The notes: generated from the sequence alone by a model not told the origin. A DNA stretch of 34,300 nt from Sumerlaeia bacterium (GCA_040219255.1 JAVJSW010000026.1:1-34300); one strand, 5' to 3'; positions 19,208 to 28,294 are shown, counted from the first letter of the stretch. Translations and numbers: made by a program.

Positions 19208-21781
19208 CTACTCCAAAGCCCCCCAACCATCGATCCCCGCATCGACGCCTGCTTGCTCGAGGGTCACCGGGGTGCCGGCGACCTGGAGTGTGGCGGTGCG
19301 GGTTGTGGTGAGGGCGTTGGCGGTGACTTCGAATTGAACGGTGGCGTTGCCAAAGGCTGGCTGCGTGGTGACGGGATCGACGCTGGCCCAGGCGGGCAGG
19401 CCGGTGACGTCCCAGGCGCAATCGCCGGTGGTGGCGACGGCGACGGGTCCGGAGGTTCCGCCGCTGGCCAGCAGTGGGCCGAGAGCCGACGCGTCGACGC
19501 CGTACACGCACGGCACGGTGCCGAGGAAGGCTCCCCGATCGCGGGGCGATCCGTCGCTCGCCGCCGTCCCCGGATGGGCGGTTCGCACCGCGGGGGAATA
19601 GCCGCGCAGAGCGAGGCTGGCGGCGGTGACGGGGGGATTGACCTGGAACTCGGGCGAGGCGTTGAGTTCGCCGGGCAGGCGGATATTGGCGTAATCGCTG
19701 GCGCCGTCGCCGTTTCCGACGAAGTCGATGCCGTTTCCGTAAGATAGGTTATAGCCGGTGAAGGGGCTGTCGTAGAGGCCGGGAAAGCCGTCGACGCGGA
19801 TGCCTTCGCCGGTGCAGTAGGCGACGATGTTGTTGCGGAAGACGAGACGGTCGTTCGTCGTGAACTGGGTGTAGTTCGCCAGCCGGATTCCGGCGCCGCA
19901 GTGGGCGATGGTATTGCCTGAAATCGTGATGTTCCCGCCGTGGAATGGCAACTCGACGGCTGTTTGGGTGATGCTGGTGAAGACGCAGTTCGACAGCGTG
20001 TAATTGAAACTGCTCAAGGAGTTGGTCTTACGGATTCCGTACTCGGCGTTCTGGAAAACAAGGTTGGCCAGGGCGTTTTCCTCCAAGTCGGACCCCAGGC
20101 TTTGATCGAGGAAAATCGCGTGGGATCCGCCGCCGCCGTCGAGGATCGTTTCTCCCACACCTTCGCCGGTGATGCTGACGCCGCGTTTGCCGCCGCCGAG
20201 GGCGGAGGCGATGGGCCAACTTCCGCGGCCAATCACGACAGTGCCGAACCCGGCGAGGCGCCGGGCGTCGATGGCCGTTTGGATGTCGCCGTAGGGGTTG
20301 GCGAAACTGCCCAAAGGCGCCGAGCCGTTGCGGGCGCGGTCGTCTTCGCCGGGGGGGCGGCGCACCCATGCGAGGCCGTTGGTGGTTTGTTCCAACCAGA
20401 ACGGATCGAAAGACACGCCGAAGAGGCTGATGGAGGCCTCGGTCAAATTGCCCGCGCCATCGGCCCCGGCGAAGGCGACCACCTCGCGCCCCATGAAGGG
20501 TCCGTAGCGCCCCGGATCGAAGACGCCGGCCACCGTTTGGCCACCGCCGAACAAGGCGTCGTCGAAGGCGTAATCGGCGCGATAGAAGAGGCCGAAGTTG
20601 AGAGGCTCGCCGCCGAGGTCGTCGCCATAACCGATGAGGGTCACTTCAGTCGTCGGGTCGTCCTCTGGTTGGATGTTGAAGTATCCGGCGGGGGGCCAAG
20701 CGATTTCCAGCAGCGGATTCACTTTGTCGGTGATCGTTTCGTCACGGAAGTACGGGCAGTTGGTGGCGAAGCGCGAAAAGTACTCGCCCAACTGGGTTCG
20801 AAAGCAGAAAGGGGCGCTCGTGAGGACAACGTCCGGGCAGGAAGGCATGGCGTAAATCTCGCGCAACGCCTCGCCGATGCGGGGATAGCCGCTGCCCATC
20901 AGGCCGTCCGGCGTGTAGCCATCGTGGCCGAAGCGGAACGCGTGGAGTGCCTCGTGGGCCAGAACGCCGAGGTAAAGGCTCACCAGTTCGCCCCGTTGCA
21001 GGGCGCGGCTGGGCTCGCAGCTTGGGGGCGGGGCGACGTAGGTACCCGTGAAACCACCGAAGGACAGGAAAGTCTCGCTGGAGCAGAGGGAGGACCCCAG
21101 AGCCGCCACGTAATCCGCCGGAGCCGTGCCGGCGGGCTGATCCAGCAGTTCCAGGACTCCGTAAACCATCATGGCGACGCCGCCGTGACCCGCCGTGCCA
21201 AAGCTGGTTCCGCGCCCCATATAGCCGCGGAACGACGGCGAGCCGTCCGGCCCGTCCATCGCGAGCGTATCGGGCAGGATAATGTAGGCGGTGCGGGTGC
21301 TGGCGGCGGTCTGAGCCGCGCTGTTTCCGAAGACGTCGTTTACGACATTGAAAAATGTCGCGACATCGTTCAGTCCAGTGGTGTCGCCCCAGTAGCCCAG
21401 GGTTCCGGATGTGGGTTTGGTCCCTCGGACCGCCAGGACGCGGATTTGTCCGTCCACGCCGCGTTCGAGGTTGAGCGTCTCGCCCGGGGTGGCGGTGCCG
21501 AAGCGTTCCTGCTCGGCCACGTAGAAGTCGTCGATGGCTTCCAGAGCGGTGCGGATCCGGGCGGTGGCGGTGGCGACTTGGTCGTCGAATTCCGTCGGAT
21601 CGGCCGGTTGGCGATCCGTCGGGATGACGTAGAGCACACGCACCAGGGATTCGGGATTGCCGGGCTCGGGCGCGGGAAGGGGAATGCCTTGGGCGAGACT
21701 CCTCCCCGCCGCCATGGCCAAAGCGAACGATAGCGCGATCGTTGGTGTCCGGAAGGGACGGAAAACCAGATCCGTAGGCAT
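19208..21781 (-). CDS. Exported modular zinc metallopeptidase-like protein with Ig-like, parallel beta-helix and BACON-like domains
   Basis: Signal peptide ending SLA|Q; HEALHAFRFGHD with Met-turn GLMGSG; GSFANPYGDIQTAID and ISGNTI/FRNNIV beta-helix repeats; C-terminal CAWDV..PAWAS..GNATVQFEVTAN..RTATLQVAG. Confidence 0.8.
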   Translation of the reverse strand: MPTDLVFRPFRTPTIALSFALAMAAGRSLAQGIPLPAPEPGNPESLVRVLYVIPTDRQPADPTEFDDQVATATARIRTALEAIDDFYVAEQERFGTATPGETLNLERGVDGQIRVLAVRGTKPTSGTLGYWGDTTGLNDVATFFNVVNDVFGNSAAQTAASTRTAYIILPDTLAMDGPDGSPSFRGYMGRGTSFGTAGHGGVAMMVYGVLELLDQPAGTAPADYVAALGSSLCSSETFLSFGGFTGTYVAPPPSCEPSRALQRGELVSLYLGVLAHEALHAFRFGHDGYTPDGLMGSGYPRIGEALREIYAMPSCPDVVLTSAPFCFRTQLGEYFSRFATNCPYFRDETITDKVNPLLEIAWPPAGYFNIQPEDDPTTEVTLIGYGDDLGGEPLNFGLFYRADYAFDDALFGGGQTVAGVFDPGRYGPFMGREVVAFAGADGAGNLTEASISLFGVSFDPFWLEQTTNGLAWVRRPPGEDDRARNGSAPLGSFANPYGDIQTAIDARRLAGFGTVVIGRGSWPIASALGGGKRGVSITGEGVGETILDGGGGSHAIFLDQSLGSDLEENALANLVFQNAEYGIRKTNSLSSFNYTLSNCVFTSITQTAVELPFHGGNITISGNTIAHCGAGIRLANYTQFTTNDRLVFRNNIVAYCTGEGIRVDGFPGLYDSPFTGYNLSYGNGIDFVGNGDGASDYANIRLPGELNASPEFQVNPPVTAASLALRGYSPAVRTAHPGTAASDGSPRDRGAFLGTVPCVYGVDASALGPLLASGGTSGPVAVATTGDCAWDVTGLPAWASVDPVTTQPAFGNATVQFEVTANALTTTRTATLQVAGTPVTLEQAGVDAGIDGWGALE

Positions 21782-21875
21782 GAGGAGGCTCCTGGAATGA
21801 ACGGTCCAGTGATTTTTGAAAAATATCTCCGGGATGCCAACAGAAGGAACTCGCTATGCTACAAGAAACAGGTGG

Positions 21876-22433
21876 TCAGGAGGGCAATCGCTCCGCCAGC
21901 CCCGTCTCCAGGCCGTCGATGCTCGTCAGGTTTTTCTTCTTCCAGTATTCGGGAATGGCGCCGTCCGGCTGATTTTCCCAGTATTTGACGAGGGTTTGGC
22001 GCTCTTCGAAGAATTCCATACGGGGGACGCCGTAGCCGCAGGAGGTCTGGATCGAGTCGATGGGCAGGAGGATGATCTGGCGCGTGCCGAGAAGCTGGGG
22101 AAAGAGAGGCGCCAGCTCGGCCCAGCGCGGGTGGTTCATGCCGATGACCTGGCCCTGGCCATAGAGGCGCAAGATCAGCGGCGGGGGCTGGAAATTGCAC
22201 ATCATGATGGTCAGGCGCCCGTTCTCGCGCAGGTGGGCGGCGGTTTCGTTGCCGCTGCCGGTCAGGTCGAGATAGGCCACGGTGCGATCATCCAGAACGC
22301 GGAAGGTGTCCATGCCCTTGGGCGAAACATTGACGCGGCCGCCCGCGAGCGGCGCCGAGGCGGTGAAAAAGACCGGTTGGGATTCGATGAAGGCGACGAG
22401 TTTCTCGTCGAGGTTTTCGTGCCAGTTCGACAT
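21876..22433 (-). CDS. Pyridoxamine 5'-phosphate oxidase-like FMN-binding protein
   Basis: VNVSPKG, YLDLTGSGNETAAHL.ENGRLTIM, ILRLYG, QTSCGYGVP. Confidence 0.9.
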   Translation of the reverse strand: MSNWHENLDEKLVAFIESQPVFFTASAPLAGGRVNVSPKGMDTFRVLDDRTVAYLDLTGSGNETAAHLRENGRLTIMMCNFQPPPLILRLYGQGQVIGMNHPRWAELAPLFPQLLGTRQIILLPIDSIQTSCGYGVPRMEFFEERQTLVKYWENQPDGAIPEYWKKKNLTSIDGLETGLAERLPS

Positions 22434-22472
22434 GGAAACGGGGACTTTCGGGGTGCGGGTTCAATCGGTGGA

Positions 22473-23369
22473 TCAATGATCGAAAGGGTCGCAGCCTTCG
22501 GCGTAGTCGACGCGTTCCAGGCTCAGTCCCTCTGGCGGCGCGGGGACGACTCCGGCGGGGAGCCGGACTTCGGCAAGGCAGAGGCGCAACTCCTCGGGAG
22601 TCAGCGCGCCGCGCCCGGCCTGCACCAGCCCTCCGACCAAGTACCGCACCATGCGGTGCAGGAAGGACCGGCACGCGACGGTGATGGCGAAGGTCTGGGC
22701 GTCCTGGCCGTGGGGGCCGGGGTCGAACCAGGGCTCGACCTCGACGCGTTCCATGTCCAGAACGGTGCGGTGCGCCTGGCACTGCGTGGAGCGCCATTCC
22801 CGAAAATCGTGCCGCCCGAGGAGTTCGCAGGCGGCGGCCCTCATGCGGTCCAAATCCAGGGACGCTTTCACCCGCCCCATGCGCCCGCGCATCAGGGGCG
22901 GCAGGGGTTGGCCGGCGCTGAGCAGATAACGGTAGGTGCGCCGGCGGGCGTCGCGGCGCGGGTCAAATTCTTCACCGCAGAGGGCCACCCGCCGGACGCG
23001 AACCGTTTCCGGCAAGTGCCAATTCAGCGCATCGCGCAGGTTCGCCCGGGCCAGATGCGCGGGCACCCGCAGGCAAATCACCTGACCCCGCGCGTGAACG
23101 CCTGCGTCGGTGCGGCCGGCGGCGCGAAAGTCGGGCTCTCCAGAGCCCAGCAGCCGCGCCGCGTCCTCCATCACGCCCTGGATCGAAGGGCCCGTGTCCT
23201 GGACCTGCAATCCGACGAAGGGGCCGCCGTCGTACTCGATCAACAGGGCGACGCGGGCGAGGTCCCCGGGCGCGACGGGGGGCGGGAAGGCTTGCGAGGT
23301 GACTTCGCAGTCCGAGCGCGCGGCGCCGCGTTTGATCTTGGGCCGGACCCGCTTTCGTCCTTTTGCCAT
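22473..23369 (-). CDS. truA: tRNA pseudouridine(38-40) synthase
   Basis: IEYDG, AAGRTDAGVHARGQ, GRHDF, SFLHRMVR, APPEGLSL. Start uncertain (23369 chosen). Confidence 0.93.
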   Translation of the reverse strand: MAKGRKRVRPKIKRGAARSDCEVTSQAFPPPVAPGDLARVALLIEYDGGPFVGLQVQDTGPSIQGVMEDAARLLGSGEPDFRAAGRTDAGVHARGQVICLRVPAHLARANLRDALNWHLPETVRVRRVALCGEEFDPRRDARRRTYRYLLSAGQPLPPLMRGRMGRVKASLDLDRMRAAACELLGRHDFREWRSTQCQAHRTVLDMERVEVEPWFDPGPHGQDAQTFAITVACRSFLHRMVRYLVGGLVQAGRGALTPEELRLCLAEVRLPAGVVPAPPEGLSLERVDYAEGCDPFDH

Positions 23370-23477
23370 GGGTGCCTGTCTCCTGCCGTGAAATGATGGG
23401 GGGTTTGAAAGCACACCTCGCCCCGCGGCGCCAGAGCCAAGGGCTGAGGTCTTCTTTTTGACTGATAACCAAAGAGC

Positions 23478-23570
23478 GTCACAGAGGACGGAGGGGTCAC
23501 AGATTCCGTGGCGTTGCTTGTATCTTCAAAAAAATTCAACCATCTCTGTGCCCTCTATGACTCTGTGGTG
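23478..23570. repeat. Imperfect inverted repeat built from CACAGAG units (small extragenic element)
   Basis: GTCACAGAGGACGGAGGGGTCACAGA (23478-23503) and CTCTGTGCCCTCTATGACTCTGTGGTG (23544-23570) flank an AT-rich spacer. Confidence 0.5.
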
Positions 23571-23632
23571 AATATCTTCGGAGCAGAGAACCCCTCGCCG
23601 AAGCCAAAAAATTTCCCCCTGTACTTTTTCCT

Positions 23633-23661
23633 TTGACACGCCTACAAGTGTAGTCCATTGC
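23633..23661 (+). promoter_or_regulatory. Promoter -35 element with overlapping BlaI/MecI/CopY-type operator
   Basis: TTGACA (23633-23638) followed by the palindrome CTACA-AG-TGTAG (23642-23653), matching the TACA-N2-TGTA consensus of this repressor family; 40 nt upstream of blaI. The -10 is weak. Confidence 0.8.
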
Positions 23662-23693
23662 TTACACCATCAATCGCAGGAACGAGGTCCGCC

Positions 23694-24119
23694 ATGCCGC
23701 ACCAATCGCCTGAACCGGAAACGGGTCCGCCGAGTCTTTCGCCCGCCGAGTGGGACGTGATGAAGCCGTTGTGGGAGGCCGGTGCGCTGGCCGCCCGCGA
23801 CATCCACAGCCGCGCCGGCGAAGCCAACGGCTGGGCGGTGAAGACCACGAAGTCGCTGCTGGCGCGGCTGGTGGCCAAGGGCGCCCTCGATTACGAGCAG
23901 GTCGGCAACGCCTACCTGTATCGCGCCTGCTGGAGCCGCGAGGAAGTGACCCGCCACGAGACGGAAGCTTTTCTGGAGCGGGTTTTCGACGCGCCGTCGA
24001 GTGCCGCCCCGGTGGTGGCGCGGTTGTTGGGCGGAGGCCGTCTGGCCCCCGAGCAAATCGAGGAACTGCGGCGTTTGCTGGATGAACGCGAAGCCAAGGA
24101 AGAGGAGGAAAGCGCCTGA
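23694..24119 (+). CDS. BlaI/MecI/CopY-family transcriptional repressor
   Basis: LSPAEWDVMKPLW, WAVKTTKSLLARLVAKGAL, GNAYLY, FLERVFD; GAGG RBS; TGATG coupling to the next gene. Confidence 0.93.
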   Translation: MPHQSPEPETGPPSLSPAEWDVMKPLWEAGALAARDIHSRAGEANGWAVKTTKSLLARLVAKGALDYEQVGNAYLYRACWSREEVTRHETEAFLERVFDAPSSAAPVVARLLGGGRLAPEQIEELRRLLDEREAKEEEESA

Positions 24120-25246
24120 TGCCCGCCCCATTGGAAAGTTTCCTTTCATCCTGGTCCGTGTGGATCCTTGCGGCATCGTGGCAGTTGGCGCTGCTGGGGG
24201 TGGTTGTCTGGGCGTTGTGCCGGATTTTTCCGGCGATGCCGCTGCGGCTGCGGTATGCGCTGTGGCTCGTGGTGTTGATCAAGGCCTTCCTGCCGCCGAC
24301 GCTGGGGGCGCCGTGGGGGTTTGGGTCCTGGGGCGTGGAGCCGGTGCGGGATTTGGCCGCGTCGGTGCTGCATCTGCACATGAACCCGATCGAGGCCTGG
24401 CACGCCGAGGTCCACAACCCGGCGGAGCTGGGCATCGTGCGCCAGGAGCTGCCCGCGTGGTTTTCGTCCTTCAAGCCGGTGGCGCCCTGGGTGGCGCTGG
24501 CGCTGTGCGCCGTGTGGTTGCTTGGTTTGCTGGGTGGTTTGGCTGGGATTCTGGCCGAACAAGGCCGGTTGGCCTGGATGCTGAGCCGCGCCCGGATTGT
24601 GGAAAGCGGCCCGTTGGCCGATGCCCTCGTCCGCCGCGCGAAGGCTGTGGGGGTGCGGGCGCCCAGGCTGCTGCTGTGCCGGGAAACGGACGAGCCATTC
24701 CTCTGCGGGCTGTTCCGTCCCGCCATCGTACTGCCCGCCGGATTGCCGGGCGATTTGTCCGCCGAGGCCCTCGACTCTGTTCTGGATCACGAATTGATCC
24801 ACCTGCGGCGGGGGGATTTGCTGGCCTGCTGGGCCGAGGCACTGCTCGGGTGCCTGTTCTGGTTCCATCCGGTGGCGTGGCTGGTGCAGGCGCGGCTGGA
24901 CGAAGAGCGCGAGTTCGCCGTGGATGAAGCCGCCGCGCGCCTCAGCCGGCCGTCGCGCTATGGCCGGGCGCTGCTGGAAACGGCGCTGGCCTGCGCCCGC
25001 CAACGAACGGGCCAGGGCGTCGCCTGTGGCTTTCTCGGCTGGGCCGGGGCGGCCAACGGACCGGACGATTTGCTGGCGCGCCGTATCCGCCGCGTGACCG
25101 AATTGCCGGAACGAGAACCGCCCGCGTCGATCTTTGGAAGTTACGCCACGGTGGCGGTCTTCGCGCTGGTATTCGTGCCCCTGGGGCCCGTTTCCGAAGC
25201 CACCGCCGCCGCCCCGCCTCCCTCAGTAGCAGTCTCTCAACCATAG
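24119..25246 (+). CDS. BlaR1-like membrane metallopeptidase (M56) lacking a C-terminal penicillin-binding sensor domain
   Basis: LRYALWLVVL, PFLCGLFRPAIVLP, HELIHLRRGD, FWFHPVAW, EREFAVD, YGRALL, LARRI; ends shortly after the last TM helix. Confidence 0.92.
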   Translation: MPAPLESFLSSWSVWILAASWQLALLGVVVWALCRIFPAMPLRLRYALWLVVLIKAFLPPTLGAPWGFGSWGVEPVRDLAASVLHLHMNPIEAWHAEVHNPAELGIVRQELPAWFSSFKPVAPWVALALCAVWLLGLLGGLAGILAEQGRLAWMLSRARIVESGPLADALVRRAKAVGVRAPRLLLCRETDEPFLCGLFRPAIVLPAGLPGDLSAEALDSVLDHELIHLRRGDLLACWAEALLGCLFWFHPVAWLVQARLDEEREFAVDEAAARLSRPSRYGRALLETALACARQRTGQGVACGFLGWAGAANGPDDLLARRIRRVTELPEREPPASIFGSYATVAVFALVFVPLGPVSEATAAAPPPSVAVSQP

Positions 25247-25252
25247 CCTTTT

Positions 25253-25268
25253 CAACAGTCTAGTCCAT
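25253..25268 (+). promoter_or_regulatory. Possible degenerate second copy of the blaI operator/promoter region upstream of gspE
   Basis: CAACAGTCTAGTCCAT versus TACAAGTGTAGTCCAT (23643-23658): 12 of 16 identical. Confidence 0.35.
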
Positions 25269-25331
25269 CTTTGCGAAGCCGCCCCCCGGTTCCGCCCCGC
25301 TTGAACTCCGCCCATCCAAGGACCCCGCGCC

Positions 25332-26534
25332 ATGACTTCCGCCCTGACCTCCTCCTCCGTGCAAAGCCGCCTCGACGCCCTGCCGGTCAATGACGACTGG
25401 GGCGTGGCGGCGGCGGCGCTGCTGCTGGGCGCGGCGCATGGCGATGGCTTCTCCGATCTGCATTTACAGCCCAGCCGCGAGGGTCTTCTGGCCCGTGGGC
25501 GGCGCGATGGCGAGCTGGTGCCTCTGGCCCGGATTCCGGCGGCGCGGAGGGACCTGCTGCTGTCTCGCTTCAAGGTCATGGCGCGGCTGGCCGCGTTTGT
25601 TCGCAATGAACCCCAGGACGGCCGCATCGAATGGAAACCGGAAGGCGCCGCCAGCCCGCTGATTCTGCGGGCGGCGTTCCTGCCGATGCTGCACGGCGAG
25701 AGCCTGGTCGTACGTTTTCCCCGCGAGGAAACGGGGCTTTCCAGCCTCGAGTCCCTCGGCATGACAGCCCCGGTGCGGGCGGCTTTCGAGGAGGCGCTCC
25801 AGACGCGCGAGGGCACGCTGCTGCTGACCGGTCCCGGCGGCAGCGGCAAGACCACCACGCTCTACGCGCTGCTGCGGGCGCTGCACGACCGCCATGGCGA
25901 CCGGCTGAACATGCTGAGCATCGAGGACCCGGTGGAGCGCGATTTGCCCTTCGCCGGCCAGGTGCAAGTCAACGAAGCCCAAGGCATGACGTTCGACAAA
26001 GCGCTGCGGGCGGCGCTGCGCCAAGACCCGAACGTGCTCCTGATCGGCGAAATCCGCGACACGGAAACGGCCCGCATCGCCATCCAGGCGGGCACGAGCG
26101 GCCATCTGGTGCTCTCGACACTGCACGCGGGGCGGGCGGCGCGGGTGTTCACGCGGCTGCTGTCGATGGGCGTCGAACCTTATCAGGCGGCCTCGGCCTT
26201 GATCGGCGCGGGGGCGCAACGCCTGGCGCGGTGCCTCTGTCCGGAATGCCGCGTGCCCGCGCGAGGCGTGGCGGGAATGGAGCGTGGCCCGGGCTGCGAG
26301 GCCTGCGGCGGCACCGGCCACGCGGGGCGGGCGGGGCTGTTCGAACTGGCCCGCGTCACCGAGCCGCTGCGCGAGCTGATCCTGGCCCGCGCCGGAGCCC
26401 ACGCCATCGCCGAAGCCGCCGCCGAACGACAGGCCGGCGATCTCGCCGCGCAAGCCCGCGACCTCGTCGCCGCTGGAACCATCTCTCAGGCCGAGGCGGA
26501 TTTCGTTCTCGGCCCTGGCGATTTCACCCTGTAA
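25332..26534 (+). CDS. gspE: GspE/PilB-family secretion/filament assembly ATPase, short form without N1 domain
   Basis: SDLHLQP, PQDGRI, Walker A GPGGSGKTT, SIEDPVE, LRQDPNVLLIGEIRD, GHLVLSTLH, Zn motif CPEC..CEAC, GRAGLFE. Confidence 0.9.
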   Translation: MTSALTSSSVQSRLDALPVNDDWGVAAAALLLGAAHGDGFSDLHLQPSREGLLARGRRDGELVPLARIPAARRDLLLSRFKVMARLAAFVRNEPQDGRIEWKPEGAASPLILRAAFLPMLHGESLVVRFPREETGLSSLESLGMTAPVRAAFEEALQTREGTLLLTGPGGSGKTTTLYALLRALHDRHGDRLNMLSIEDPVERDLPFAGQVQVNEAQGMTFDKALRAALRQDPNVLLIGEIRDTETARIAIQAGTSGHLVLSTLHAGRAARVFTRLLSMGVEPYQAASALIGAGAQRLARCLCPECRVPARGVAGMERGPGCEACGGTGHAGRAGLFELARVTEPLRELILARAGAHAIAEAAAERQAGDLAAQARDLVAAGTISQAEADFVLGPGDFTL

Positions 26535-26578
26535 CCCCTGACCCCTCGATCCTCAAACGAGAGGAGCTTGAGCGACCC

Positions 26579-28294
26579 ATGTCTCAACCTCGACCCGTCC
26601 GGCCTGGCCGCTCCATTTGGCGCGGCGATCTGGGCCACATTCTGAACCTGCCGGGTTTGCGACCATGGTCTCAACGCTGGCGCACGACGCTGGCCGCGAA
26701 CCTGAGCAGCCGCCGCGAAGGCAAATCCGTTTTCTTCGACGAACTGGCTGAGGCGCTGCGCCAAGGCGCGCCGCTGACGCTGGCGCTTGAAACCAACAGC
26801 CAGAACCTGGGCGAGGCCCGCGACTCGGTGGGCAAGGCCCAACCGAAGGGAGCCAACACGCGCGGCGCCGGTTACGCCGTGCTCCTCGCTCTGGCGCTCA
26901 TCGTCTTTCCCATCGGCCTGCCGATGCTCGCGTTCTTCCTGCTGCTCTCGGCGCGCAACGTGGACGCGGAGCGCGTGGCCCGGCTGCTGGCGATGCGCCT
27001 GCTGCCCCATGTGGAGAAGGGACTCGGCCTCGCCGAGGCGATGGAGCGCACCGGCGACTACTCCTCCGCCGAGCTGGAAACGATACGCGCCGCCGAGCGC
27101 TACAACGCTGTTCCCGATGGGTTGCGGCGGCTGGCGAACCGCGCCGTGGCCGATCAGCGCCTGCTGAGCTTGAACCTGGCGACGCTCTATCCGCTGTTGA
27201 TCCTGCTGATCGTGACCCTCGTCGGCGGCTTCATCATGTGGATGATTCTGCCCAAGTTCGTGGATATCTTCGATCAACTCGGCATCGCGCTGCCGGAAGC
27301 GACACTGCGCCTGATCGTCTTCGCGGAAGCCTTCAATCCGATTCACATTTTCTCCACCTACCTGGCGATTCTGTTTCTGATGTTTTGCGTTCGCGCCGCG
27401 CGCCGGGCTTACGGGGCTCGCCGGGTCATTCCGTGCGCCGTCGCCGTCGTGATCGTGCTGGGCTTGTTCGCCGCTTCTGCCGTCCAACCGCTCTCGCTGC
27501 TGCTTAGCCTCATCGTGCTCGCGGTGGTTTTCCTGCTGGTGCGGGGGTTGATGAACGGGGGGCGCGCGGCTCAGGGGCTTCTCGCGGTCCTGGCGATGCT
27601 CCATCTGCTGCCGGTGGCGGGCCTGCTGGCGGTGTTGGCGGTTTGGATCATCGACCAATTGCTCACGCTGTCGGGCGCTCAGTCGGGCGATTTCGTCCGT
27701 TCGCTCGATGACGGCGCCCAAGCCTTGATCGGCGGGATCTCGGCGGTGGTGACGATTGTGATTTTCACTCCCTGGATGGTCGAGACGTTGGAACGCGGGG
27801 TGATCGGGATCGAGGAAACCATCAATGCCGCCGGCCGGCGGATTCCGGGAATCGCCCGGGCCTTCAGCGCGGAGGCCGAATCACGGTGGCTCGCCGCGCT
27901 GGCTTTGGGACTGCAAAGCGGCGTCCTCACGCCGGCGGCGCTGCGCCAGGCCGGAGCGGTCGCCGGAGGCCCAATGCGAGGCCGCAGCGACGCCGCCGCC
28001 GAACTGGCCGAGAAGGGCCTGCCGCTCGGCCAATCTTGCCTCCAGAGCCACGTCCTGCCCGGCCGCTTCAGCCACCGCATCGCCTTCCTGGAGGGCGGTT
28101 CGAAACTGCACGAGGGCCTGCAAGAAATCGCCGGAGACGCCGCCGCGGAAGCGGAAATCCGCCGCGAACGGCTCTCCCGCATCGGAGCCGTCTGCGGCCT
28201 GGTGGTGGTCGGCATTTTCGCCTGCTTCATCGCCTACGCCCTCTACATGCCGCTCTTCGCTATTCCGACTCTGCTGCTCGACCAACCGGTCTGA
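26579..28294 (+). CDS. GspF/PilC-family platform protein with expanded membrane region (571 aa)
   Basis: FFDELAEALRQGAPL..AL, GLGLAEAM, YPLLIL..ILPKFVDIFDQLGIALPEAT, ALGLQSGV, terminal ALYMPLF; GAGGAG RBS before ATG 26579. Confidence 0.82.
   Translation: MSQPRPVRPGRSIWRGDLGHILNLPGLRPWSQRWRTTLAANLSSRREGKSVFFDELAEALRQGAPLTLALETNSQNLGEARDSVGKAQPKGANTRGAGYAVLLALALIVFPIGLPMLAFFLLLSARNVDAERVARLLAMRLLPHVEKGLGLAEAMERTGDYSSAELETIRAAERYNAVPDGLRRLANRAVADQRLLSLNLATLYPLLILLIVTLVGGFIMWMILPKFVDIFDQLGIALPEATLRLIVFAEAFNPIHIFSTYLAILFLMFCVRAARRAYGARRVIPCAVAVVIVLGLFAASAVQPLSLLLSLIVLAVVFLLVRGLMNGGRAAQGLLAVLAMLHLLPVAGLLAVLAVWIIDQLLTLSGAQSGDFVRSLDDGAQALIGGISAVVTIVIFTPWMVETLERGVIGIEETINAAGRRIPGIARAFSAEAESRWLAALALGLQSGVLTPAALRQAGAVAGGPMRGRSDAAAELAEKGLPLGQSCLQSHVLPGRFSHRIAFLEGGSKLHEGLQEIAGDAAAEAEIRRERLSRIGAVCGLVVVGIFACFIAYALYMPLFAIPTLLLDQPV

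Noticed and set aside
19940-23396. Long plus-strand ORFs 19940..21733 and 21816..23396
   Set aside because: Antisense shadows of the peptidase, PNPOx-like and truA genes.
23694-25246. Beta-lactam resistance locus
   Set aside because: No beta-lactamase or PBP gene is adjacent, and the M56 protein lacks the penicillin-binding domain.
25631-26578. Apparent long N-terminus of GspF overlapping gspE (possible frameshift fusion)
   Set aside because: Low-complexity off-frame translation of gspE; GspF has its own GAGGAG RBS and ATG at 26579, and no slippery site was seen.
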